DNA of 64,000 nt. Origin: Octopus sinensis (Eukaryota). The notes below the pieces were generated by a model. It saw only the letters and a list, made by a program, of their open reading frames with translations. It was not told the DNA's origin and did not search any database. Position numbers and translations under genes: made by a program. The DNA lies in assembly GCF_006345805.1 (NCBI RefSeq), contig NW_021824831.1:1626-65625 (forward strand), given 5' to 3'. Positions within the stretch are counted from its first letter, which is position 1. Each line of letters starts with the position of its first letter. Below, piece after piece: positions 12,481 through 23,948 of the stretch.

Positions 12481-14828
12481 CAGGGGTTCTCAACCTTTTT
12501 AGCTCATGGGCCAAATCGATAATTAAAAATATCTTTGCGGGCCGCACAAAAAATATTTTATATTATTAATGAAAAGAAGGCTTTATTAAGTAATAAAAAT
12601 CAATGCGAGACTTGATTCTGTTTGGCGTCTTGATTTCAGAGCGAGATTCGTTTGTAGTTTGCGATTTGATTTCAGAGATTGAAATTTTATTTTTCTTGAT
12701 TCACCTTGAGTGACATCTGTCACAGTCCTATTCTGAAATTCGCCCATTTTGTTACCTTGGCTTACCGACTTCTTCCGTGAAAAAGAAAGGAGGGACCCCA
12801 ACTTCTCAGTATAGAATTACCTTTGCAGGTAAGTCCCAGTGACTGTTGACCAGAATTTGTAGTTTTTGATGCTTTTTTCAACGATTTCCCCTACCGTAGG
12901 CGTTTTAGCCTCGAGCCATGGGGGAATTGGGCATTCCAGACTTTGGGAGTAGGCGATTTTTAACGCCAGTCTCCGAGTCTTCTCAAACCTCCTGATAATG
13001 GAACTCCTCTTTCTAGAGAAGTGCCTCTTTTCCAAATATAAGTCCTGGTAAGATCACCGTGTTAAAAACATAAAGGAAAGTATCTGGTTCCAGATTTAAC
13101 TTTCTTAAGCAAAACAGTGCGTTTGTTGCTTTCTTTTTTCGAATTTTCGCATTTTCAGTGTATTTACCATTTTTTTCAATTTGCAATTCCAGGTATTTTA
13201 TTGAATGTTGTCGTGGTATGTTAGTAATCAGACATGGTGAATTTTTAAGATTTCTACTTTCTGTGATTCTCAACAGGGCAGACTTCTCACGTGCGACAGC
13301 CAGCATGTTATTTCTGCACCAATGTTCGACCTCTTCCATATATGACAGCATTCGTTGTTCAGATAAGGCAGGTTTCGGTGAAGCATCGAGGATGACCACA
13401 TCATCAGCATATATTAGAATTTCCGTCCGTACATTGTTTGGGGAAGGTAGATTACTCATGACAATGTTAAATAACAGAGGACTGAGAACTGATCCCTGGG
13501 GACACCTCTTTTTAATTTTAGCTCATCCGAGTCGTGGTTCAGTAAGCTTACCACTGACCGTCTGTCGCGGAGGAAGTCATGTAACCATAGAAACAGTTCT
13601 CTATCTATCTGACACTTCGCCAGATGCCTCAGAAGGCCAAAATGCCATACACTGTCGAATGCCTTCGAAATGTCAAGACAGGCCATCGTCAGAAATCCCT
13701 TGGTATCCAGAGCCTTCATAATTAACGAATTTACCGTATAATGACAGTCCCCACAAGAGCGATTTCTGCGGAAACCCCACTGCGCATTTTTTAGAATATT
13801 TTTGTTCTCCACATGCTCCGAGAGTCTCCACAGCAATATCCTTTCCATGATTCGGCTGATGGTAGGAATCAGGCTTATCGGTCTATAGCTTGTTGGCAAG
13901 TAGCGAGGTTTTCCTGGCTTCAGTATCATCCTAACCTCCGTTAATTTCCAGGAGGAGGGGACGTATCCCAAATAAAGACTACAGGAGAAAAGACATCTCA
14001 AATATTCATAAAGTTTCCTCGGTGCTTCTTTGAACAATCGCATTGTTATCCTGTCTCTTCCTGGGGCATTATCCTTCGAGCATTTTATTGCGTCCTCCAC
14101 GTCTTTGCAAGTTATAGCTTTCGTGCACAAAGGCAACGAGCTGAGGAGTCCATCCAATTCTTTTTTCATATGACACAGTGCTGGGCCAGATAACTGTAAG
14201 TCCGGGTTGACCTCCTGAGTTCCTTTAAGACTGTCTCCAAATATATTTGGAATTTCTTCAAGAGAAGCAGGGGATCCATCTTGATTTAACAGTCTCGGAA
14301 TTGCTTCCTCGGATTTTGAAGTGGATAATTTTCCGAAAACTTTCCAAAAGTTTGGATTTGCTTTATGGAACTTATTGCACTCAGCTTTCCATTTTTTATT
14401 CTTAGCAGCAATTGTTGACCTTCTTATTTCCTGGGAAATGGCAAATATTTCGTTTTTTAGAACAGATCGGTCGTGTAAGTCCACACAACGACAAAGTTTG
14501 TTCCTTAGGCATTGTTTTTTCTTTAAAAGGACTGCAACATTCTTGCGTGTCAACGGAATTTTCTTACTGTTCGAGCTGATTTTAGAAGAGTGTATTTCTA
14601 GATAAAACTTTATGAAGCCAATAAGAGAATTGCTCGACTTTCCAAATCTTCTTCTGAAAAATTATCCCCAAGTTGAGGGGCAAATTTGTTCAGATAAATT
14701 GCAACACTTTTTCTGTAGTGATCCCAGTTTATGGGAGTAAGGTATAAAAACAAAAAATATTTAATATATTTTTATAACTTTAATCGGGCCGCACCAAAAT
14801 TGTGGCGGGCCGCGGTTGAGAACCGCTG
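12481..14828. mobile_element. Buster/Charlie-type hAT MITE (about 144 bp when empty) inserted in a Tigger terminal repeat
   Basis: TIRs CAGGGGTTCTCAACC / GGTTGAGAACCGCTG, 8-bp TSD CAGTAGAC (12473-12480, 14829-14836), GGGCCGC subterminal motifs. Confidence 0.9.
12559..14749 (-). mobile_element. 5'-truncated Jockey/I-group LINE inserted in the hAT MITE
   Basis: ORFs 13456-14553 and 13013-13459: PTSYRPISL, QWGFRRNRS, LDISKAFDSVWHFGLL, GVPQGSVLSP (1-nt frameshift in a C run), IYADD. 13-bp TSD ACAAAAAATATTT at 12546-12558 and 14750-14762. Confidence 0.9.
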
Positions 14829-15545
14829 CAGTAGACTATTCATTTAACGAAAATGAAATTTGAACATTCGTTAAATTTATTTAACACAAAAATATCCAAA
14901 AGAAGCAAAATTATCTAACTGAATGAAAAAATTGGTCTTATTTCGGCTTTTTGCGATCTTTTCTATCGAAGTTAACGGGCTTTACTCTAGAATAGATATA
15001 CAGTAAAACCTCTCGAATCCGCCAAAGTTGGAACCTGGGAAATTACGGCGGATTCGAGAGTTTGGCGGATTCGAGAGACAAATTTGAATATTTTTATTTG
15101 TTAATAAAATGCATTTTTTTAAATTTTATAGGCTAATTAAAAAATGAAGACATTAATTTCTTTAAATTTAGTCAGTTATTTTAGTTTTAATATTTATTTT
15201 GATGTTTTTCACTAACATCATCAAGGTGATTGAAGACATTTAAATTAGTTTCATCCTTTTGTTTGAAGTACTTCCTCAATGTATGGAGAGCATTCGAAGC
15301 ATCGTGGTCTAAAACGACTTGTTCATTCTTTTTTTCTCCACAATCAATGTCCTCATCATCATTTTTATCCAAATTGTCCAGGATCTCTTCATTCTCTGTA
15401 TACTCGTATAGAAGATACTCTTCCTCAGGAATTGGATCATTTATTTGTAGTCTTGACACGAATTGCTGATAGGTTTCAAGCGAAGACTCGTCATATATTT
15501 CTTCAATAAAATCTTCGGTCCATTTAGCATGTCGAAAACAATTTA

Positions 15546-15967
15546 CAGTCCGACCCCCAAATGGGGCACCAAGTGCCCCAAAATGCGGGGGTGCCCCAAA
15601 AACAGGGGTTTGTTATTTTTTTAAAAATTAAACCATTAATAAACATCAAAAAACATTTTTACTAAAATATTCAGTTATTTTCTTTTTATTTGTAGAGTTT
15701 TGTCTGATATTGTTCGTCAATTTCAGCCGAAAATCAAAAAAATCTCGGAGCATACTTGGTGCAACATTAGAAATTTTTTCTTCTAAATTGTTAAGCAGAT
15801 CTTTTGTTTTTGCTACGACATTTTCACTATTTTCGGTTTCTGAATATGTATCATAAACATTATTGTTCATGTCTTCGCATTCTCCATCAATTGTTTCGTT
15901 AACAACTTGATCTAAATGTCCGAGGGTGCCCCACCCCTGGGGTCTGCCCCATTTTGGGGTCGGACTG
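15546..15967 (-). mobile_element. Internally deleted pogo-like element (MITE)
   Basis: TA TSDs and TIRs CAGTCCGACCCC(C/A)AAATGGGG. Removing it restores the host Tigger frame (...NSTT-INCFRHAKW). It retains a transposase C-tail (KKKITEYFSK). Confidence 0.88.
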
Positions 15968-16279
15968 TATTATTGTTGTACTATTTAGCTTTGTCCGTGC
16001 TTGATAGGTATAAATTAAAGCATCCTTAAGGTTTATTTCTTTGCATGCCTCAGATGACGATTTTCCGAGTTCAATTTTTTCAATAATTTCAAGAAATTTG
16101 AATTTATTGAATAGCGTCTTGAATGTTTTAATGACTCCTTGGTCCATCGGCTGTAATAAACACGTAGCATTTGCCGGCAAAAACATGATTTCAATTTGCT
16201 GTAAATTTGTAAAAATCTTGTGAAATGGACATTGGTCAATTACGAGTAGTATTTTGCGTTTTTCTTTAGTTTTTCTTTA

Positions 16280-17790
16280 GCAAGCATCCGTTCAGCTTTA
16301 TTACTGACAGACTCCAGGCCTCTTCCAAATTTATTTCTTGGTAGATACAATCTTTCTTTGTTTGCATGTTGGAAATGTATACGTCTGTCCATAAGAATTC
16401 GGCGAATATTCTTATCAATCTGCTCAAATTCTCCATGCGCAACATCAATCAATCCAATGTAATAGTTATAAAGTGAGAGTGCATATTCATTTATCCCTTT
16501 AAACAGGTTAACTGAGTTTAAATCAGTTTTTGTCAAATTTTCAATACACGTAGATGCTTCTTTATAAATTTTATTCATAATTTCTTCTTTAAGGACATTA
16601 CTGTTCTTATCCTCAAGGACTCCCAAATATTGATATCAATCCAATCCATCAAGGAAACGGGCTTTGCCAGACAATAACTTCACATTTGTTGCGGATTTTT
16701 CAAAATTTCTCTCCAGCCCAGCGGCATCAAAAAACAAATCCACTTCTTTCATCATCATAACCATAGAATCACTATGCTAAGAAAACAGTTTTATATCATC
16801 AATAAAGAGGAGGTGATTAGTTGCATAATTGGGTTCCCCATTTCCTGGAGTCCCCATCGTTATTTTCGGAAACTTTCCATTCTCCAATCGACTTAGAGGG
16901 TCCATTAACAAAGCAAAGATCTGCGGTGAAAGAGAATCTCCCTGTAGAATTCCTCGCTTTATTTTAATTTCTCCCAGAGTATTATTGTTCAAATTAAGCC
17001 TTATCTTCAATTTTGTGATAAGATTATTAATAAATATAATAATCCAGAAGGGGAGACCAGAATTTTGCAATACCTGGCCCAAAAATTCATGATCGACCGA
17101 ATCAAAGGCTTTTTTAACATCAATCCATGTAGAACATAAATTGTTTCCATTTTTTTGATTTAAACATTGATTGACATTAGCTTGTTCTTTTGCCCCTTGA
17201 CACATTCTCCTTGTTCCCAGCTGATTTTCAGTTATTAAATCTTATGAATCAACATATTCTGACAATTTCCTGTTCACACATTTTGTCAATAATTTATATA
17301 GATTTGGCATGCACGTGATCGGCCTTAAATCCTTTGGGGAATTACATACATCCACTTTTGGAATGAGATAGGTCACCCCAGTGTGAAACCACTCCTCAGG
17401 TGAATATTCATCATTAATAATCTTTTGAATTTCGGCACAAAGATGTTCATGGATTGAAGTAAAGTTTTTGATAAAAAAGTTGTACACTCCATCACAACCA
17501 GACGCTTTCCAATTTGGAAGCATCTTAATAGTATCAATAATTGCCTCTTCCGTAAAATTAGCATAAGAATTCTCAGATCCAATTACTCTTTTGCTAACCA
17601 GAAAATTCTTCTCCCTTCGCTCAACCTTATCCCAAATACTAGTCCAAAAAGAAAGGCATTCATCTTCGTCGAAATTAATCATCCCCTTCTTGTTATCTCC
17701 AGTAATATTTCGATAGAATCGCCTTCTATTAAGTTCGAAACACCAATTTGCCTTTCTAAATCCTTTTCTTGATTAATAAATTCTCAACTT
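16280..17790 (-). mobile_element. R4/NeSL-type non-LTR retrotransposon fragment
   Basis: ORFs 17242-17682, 16777-17205, 16240-16626: LPNWKASGCDG, LRPITCMPNLYK, WIDVKKAFDSVDH, GILQGDSLSP, HLLFIDDIKLF, RLYLPRNKFGRGL. Confidence 0.9.
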
Positions 17791-18435
17791 TAGAATATAT
17801 ATAAATCAAAATATTAGTGATAATATATAATTATTTTTAAAATTAATATTCAAAAATATGTTTATTCGAGAAAGAGCCAATAATATATTTGGGGGGTATT
17901 TGGCATAGAATTGACCTCTCAATAGTCACCCGGTTTCAAAGTAAATTTGTTTAATCAAAAAAATGATAAAACAGAATTAATCTGATTAATTTTATTATCA
18001 GGTTATTTTTATTCAATTCTAATAAGTCTTTTAAAAAAGTCTTCTGATAACAATTATGATAAAGCTCAAGCATGATTTGCTATAGCATTCTTTACAATAC
18101 TTCATTTAAACCGGCAAAGTTAAAAAGGCATCTGGAGTATGTTCATTCATATTCAATTCATTTTTATTTTTTAATATAATTTGAATTGAATAAAAATATT
18201 TCCCCTTTTTCTTACTCTTAACAATTTTCAATTTTAACGGTGTTTTATCAGTCAGAGTCAGAATCAGTATAAGGCAGTATCAAATAGAACGTGTTGAATA
18301 AATCACACCAGTGTCGATACAGAATGTATTTTGTAAAAAATTTGTAATTAAAATAATTTTTTTTAGCTTTTTAGTAATAAAATTTGTTTGATTGAATTAA
18401 CATTAAAATAATTAGGTCCGCGTTTGTGACTGAAT

Positions 18436-18959
18436 ATGATGATAACAATTTTTATTCTTATTTTGTCTAATGTGACTTGCGGTCTAATACGATTTGAAAA
18501 CTGTGACGGGAATGCGGCAGTAATAACAAGCATTGATGTGAAAAATTGTAACATGACTTCATGTATTCTATATGCAGGCGAAGAATTTGAGATACAAATA
18601 AATCTAACAATATGTATAGATACGATTTTATTTATAGACGAGCAAATCAGCAATTTTAAAGCGAAAGCATTCATTCGAAAGCACATTCTTATTTTGTCAA
18701 TTTCCAATGCATGTGATTATGTTTTGGGAAATTGTCCACCTGTGATAGGCAATCATATTTCTTTTAATTATAAAAAGATACTTCCCAATATACCTACAAT
18801 AGTATTTTTGATATATTTATCATATAGCCGATGCATCTACATCTTACTTGGAAGTTTTTTGACAGCGATTTAATGGTCGGCTGCGCCAGAATTGCGTTTA
18901 GGACTATCTGGAAAATAATGAATTCAGAAAACAAAATTGGTGTCAATATTCGAATATAA
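18436..18959 (+). CDS. ML-domain (NPC2/MD-2-like) secreted lipid-binding protein, about 157 aa
   Basis: Hydrophobic signal peptide then FENCDG...VKNCNMTSCILYAGEEF...NACDYVLGNCP...LTWKFFDSDLMVGCARI. Introns 18614-18637 (24 nt) and 18802-18827 (26 nt). Spliced length of 474 nt is in frame. Confidence 0.8.
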
Positions 18960-19030
18960 TGAATCTCCTTAATCTAATTAACCTCACTAATAATTCTGTT
19001 TTTTGATTTTGATTAATCCTCTTTTTCTTA

Positions 19031-19320
19031 TCTTAATAATAAAATGGTATGGTGTCTGTCTGTGTGTGCACACCAACTTCAAATTAGCAAACTACTGATA
19101 AATTCTAAAAATCCTTCCCTCTTATAATTCGCCAATAATGGGTAACAAGTCTAAAATGATGATGTCCTTCAAAAATCTTCTACCCAAAAACTTACATATC
19201 AAGAATATCGTCGATGATGAGGTTCTTAAAACTTTCTCACCAAAAAAAATTAAAAAATATATTTTCTGGATTTTGATTAAAATAAACAACACACATGTAC
19301 TTGACTCACATGATGATCTA
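19031..19320 (+). mobile_element. Old 5' fragment of the array-bearing Helitron family, one degenerate monomer
   Basis: A|TCTTAATAATAAAATGGTATGGTGTCTGTCTGTG start shared with 26435 and 56577, followed by a single diverged copy of the 96-bp unit (...ATTTTCTGGATTTTGATTAAAATAAACAAC...GACTCACATGATG). Confidence 0.8.
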
Positions 19321-20204
19321 TCACCCAGGCATAAAATTGGCCAACCCTCAGAATGCCCCTTAAAAAATTACATTTAAAATATGTCACAGAAATGTAAAAT
19401 ATCTGCTCTCTTGGGGACCTATAAAAAGTAATGGAGAAAAAGTAAAGACTTGATAATTTTTACGGGGAAGAGTATCTTCTTCAGAAAGACGGAGCGACCT
19501 GTCATGTATCAAAGTCAACAAAAGACTATCTCACTAAAAATAATAAAAATCTTTTGGGAAATTGGGGGAATAAGTCTCCGGACTTGAACAAAATCGAAAA
19601 TCTATGATCGATTTAAAAAAATAGAATGAGAAACGTAAATACGTCCTCAATTCAGGAATTATAGAGCGAGACAAAAATACATGAAATAACATTAAAAAAG
19701 ACGTCATTGTATTACTTTTTGAATTCATTCCGGAAAAAATTTCTTTAGTAGTAAGGAATTAAGGCGGAACTACGAAATATTGACTTATTAAATAAAATTA
19801 GATTTATTTTTTGCGTTTTTTAAAAGGTCCCTCCAATATATGGACAGATTGTTTTTTCAATTTTTTAAATTGCCAAAAATATTTCATCGACGTTTTTATA
19901 ATTGTTGCAAACTGATCGATCTTAGGCAAAAAATTATTTTATTTTTTTAGACTTTTTGAAATTTTGCCACAAATATGGATTTTTAGTTAAAAAATACGGT
20001 GCCTCTAACATTTGGCCAGGACTGTACTACATTTTTGCGACTGTTACAAATAACCCAAATGTGCTAAAGATTGTCAGGACTTGTAGCGTATTGGTGGTCT
20101 TGACGGTATTTTTTTTGCTGACATTAGAAATACCATAACTAACAATTAGACACGGAAGTCAAGACGAGTCAAGACGGATGTACGGTAACCTATTAAAATT
20201 TTCA

Positions 20205-22350
20205 CAGATTATCGTCCGATAACCTGTATGCCCAACCTGTACAAGTTGATGACTAAGGTGGTGGCTACTGAGGTCAGAAATTTCGTGGAGGTGAATGGGA
20301 TTCTGTCCGAGAACCAGTTAGGTACTCGGCGGGATTGCCAGGGAGCTAAGGAGCAGGCACTGATCAACAAATGCCTCGCGAGAGCCCACGGAAACTCACT
20401 AGTGTCAATGTGGGTGGATGTGAAGAAGGCATATGACTCGGTTGATCATGCCTACCTCGTTGAGTGTCTGCGAAGGCTTAAGTTGCCAATGTGGTTTATC
20501 AAATTTGTTGCAACTGTGATGGACAGGTGGAACGTGCATCTACATTACAACAAATGCGATATAGGCGAGGTGAAACTAGAGAGGGGCATATTACAGGGCG
20601 ACAGCATGTCTCCGCTGCTGTTCGTCCTCTGCCTAGAACCGCTGAGTAGAGTCCTCACTGCCCAATTCGAACAAATGTCGATCGAACATGAAGGAGGGTG
20701 TTTTAGCACCAACCATCTCATGTTCATAGACGACATTAAGCTGTTCGCTCGGTCTTCAGAGATCCTCCACTCGATGGGCAAAGTCCTGAAAGGTTTCATG
20801 AAGGCCGTGGGGTTGGAGCTCAACTACGACAAGTCGGCGACTAACACCCCTGTGTGTGGTGACCTAGTCAAAGTCTTGGAGGAACACCAAGGGTATAAGT
20901 ATCTTGGTGTAATTGAGAGTCCAGCCTCATTAATCACACCCGAAACGAGAAAGTGTGTAGTGGAGGGTGTTCGTAGTAGGGCGGCAATGTTATGTAAGAC
21001 TCGGCTCAATGCACGGAACTTATTTCATGCCTTGAACGAGTACGCCATCTCATTGCTAAACTACTACGTTGGCCTGATCGAATTCGAGCCGAGTGAGTAC
21101 GATGAAATGGACCTTATTGTCCGAAGAGTACTCCGAGAGAATCATGTCCACGTGTTGGCAAGCAATAAGGAGAGATTGTACTTGTCTCGCGGGCAGCTAG
21201 GACGTGGACTGAGTAACATCGTACACTTAAGTGAGCGAATTCTTACTAAGATGCACGACACCTTGTGGAGTGGGTCGAGTGTATCCCAAAGGAAGGCTGC
21301 CATCCTTGCTGCTGAAAAAGCGCGTGGTACACACCTAGGAACCATAAAAGGCTATGTGTCGGCTAAGTATGGTCTAGGTGTTACCCAAGTTAATGTGAAG
21401 GAGTTGATCAAACTTCAAAAGGAGTCTTTAATTAAAAAGATCAACTTAAAAGTCCTTCACAAGACTCTCTTTAGCAGCCTGGACAACCCGCACATTGACG
21501 TATCGTCGTCATCTACGTGGCTGAAATATGGGAATAACTCTCCCGATCAGAAGGGTTGTTCTCATATTTGCAGGATAGAAACTTTTTTAATGGTCAACGG
21601 AAACAGTGTAACCACTGTAAGAGTAAGGCAATGACCGTTGACCATTTAGCCACGAAGTGCGGGAGTATGCTTTACCATGATTACACATGGAGGCATAACG
21701 AGGTGGTGAGGTCCCTCCATCTTTTGCTCTGCAATAAGTATGGCTTGAGGCGGTCCAGAAAGTTGCGAACCCATCGAGTTCAATCGGTGTGTGAGAACTC
21801 GCGGGTGTGCATTAAGGTGGATACCCCCATACGCACCTCGATTGTTGTCCAGCACAACAGACCCGACATTGTGGTCCACGATAAGGTCACCGGGGAGATT
21901 GTTATCGTGGAGGTGGGCATCACGTGCCTAGACCGTTTGCAGATAGTGGAAGTGGAGAAAAGGAGGAAGTATGACCTCCTTGCAAACGAGCTAGGACTGA
22001 TGCACCAGTGCAAAGTCCATGTCATCCCGTGTGTAATGACATGGGATGGACTGGTCACCAAATACCACAAGCGGTACTTAAGACAGTTGGATGTAGATAA
22101 GTCTCTACAGGCTTATATACAGTCAACTGTTCTTAAGAGGACTCTGGAAAGTGTCTCGTTTGATGCTCGCCGATCCAGCCCTTTCCTGACGTTTAGTCAG
22201 CAAGAGGCGCTGGACTGCACCTTCTCGAAGGTCTACAGTGCCAGAGAAGAGGAGGAAGAAGGGGAGGTGGTGCGTGGAGTGCCACCTTCTGCTCACTTCG
22301 AAGGCTCTGGACTTAGTTAGCAAAATTACTTAGTTAATTAGTTTCTTTTT
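20205..22350 (+). mobile_element. 5'-truncated R4/NeSL-type retrotransposon (RT, CCHC, restriction-like endonuclease)
   Basis: ORF 20228-21634 (RT) and 21556-22320 (CNHC...HLATKC, RHNEVVR, NRPDIVVHDK, EVGI, KRRKYDLLANEL), joined by one frameshift near 21542. TTAG-rich 3' tail. Confidence 0.92.
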
Positions 22351-23948
22351 TTAATAAATGGTTATCAATTTTATGAACTGAGAATTAATTTCTAATCAAA
22401 AATCTCACGAAATCAAATTCTATATTCATTTTTAGATTCTAGAGACCGCTAGAAAATTATTTTTGATTTTCCAACATCTTTGATTCTCTATAATCAATTA
22501 TTCTTTGACAGCCCAGAGAGACTTTTAGGTCAGCGGAACATGATCAAAACAGTCTGGGAAAACTAGGTGTTCCATTTAGACAAAAACGACGTCTTCTCTA
22601 CTAAGCAGTAGCCTGGCAATGCATAGTCTCCTACGATTTTAATCACTTTTTGGCCTGATATCCCATTCGAACAAAAATTTATTGAATAACTTAGAATACA
22701 TCCATGCTTTTTTTGAATTATGATAGGTCACAAAACTTCGATAGCTAAAATTTTTAAAGCATCTAGGATTTTTGAATTTTCAAATTATGAATGGTGTTAG
22801 TTTAGCGGTATCAGTCATATTTGAACAGAACATTATCGATATTCGATCCTTCAATAATTTATGCCCATATCTCTTGATCTTGCAAATGCTTTTACATGGA
22901 AGAGCTTTATAAAATAATCCTGTCTCATCTGCATTATAGGCATTTTCGCGACCATATAATTTTATTTTTGCTCTTATATTAATGAGAAAATCATTAACTT
23001 CAGAATTTGAAAGATTCTCTATAGAAGATTCTCCATAAAGTTTCTTCAATTTTAACCCATGTCTTCTTTTAAATTTTTCAAGCCATCCACGACTGGCTTT
23101 AAACTCAGTTATTTGACGTTTCTTCGCAAAGTCTTCAGCCTTTGTAAGAATAATCGAATCATTAAGAATTGCTCCTCTGGTTTCCATCATTTCAATCCAT
23201 GACATAGTATCTTCATCAGTTTCATTGAACTTTAAATATGGATTCCGAGATAATTCTGAAAAAAGCAAGGCAGATACATTCCTTCTGCTCCTAAGGTCGT
23301 TTAAAGATCGTCTTGAAATAACGCGTCTGAATCTTTCGGAAAAGATAGCAGACACTCTTGTAAGCGAAATCCCTGGATTTTGATCGATAAATTTAATAAT
23401 TTGTTGTTTTTCGGAATTTTTCAATCTGGTACAATAACGTTTCATTACAATTAACAGGACCAACCACACAATTAAATGATAATGTCTCGTGTAAAAGTGT
23501 TTTTGAATTTTAAAAAATAATAATAATTAAGAAAATAAAAAATATATATTTCTAAAAATGCGGCGGATTCGAGAAATTGGCGGATTCGGGAATTTCTCAT
23601 AGGAAATTTCGTATTCTTGAAAAAATTCGGCGGATTCGAGAGGTGGCAGATTCGAGAGACGGCGGATTCGAGAGGTTTTACTAGTTTATAATTAGCGGTA
23701 GAAGAAAATTATGAGCTTAATTTCTTATAAGGGATATATTTTCCGAATTGCAGCAGCTTTTCCCTTTCAAAATAGCCGGACAAATCTTTTCTAAACGTTA
23801 TGTGGATCGTTTCTCTTAATCTAGTTTATTTTGTAGATAGGCCGTACTTTAGTTTTAGGATTATTTTAGACATTTAGTAGACTAAAATAAGAACATAGCA
23901 CCTAGCGACCTTTTCAGTCTCCACACTTTTTCCCTTACATGTTTAATT

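Larger units (their letters stand above)
15001..23684 (-). mobile_element. Tigger/pogo transposon split by about 6.4 kb of intervening DNA plus a MITE
   Basis: TIR CAGTAAAACCTCTCGAATCCGCC at 15001 and its complement ending near 23684, with repeated GGCGGATTCGAGA subterminal motifs. N-terminal half 22654-23469; C-terminal half 15187-16275 (KRKILLVIDQCPFH, FLPANAT, QPMDQGVI, NCFRHAKW). Confidence 0.8.
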
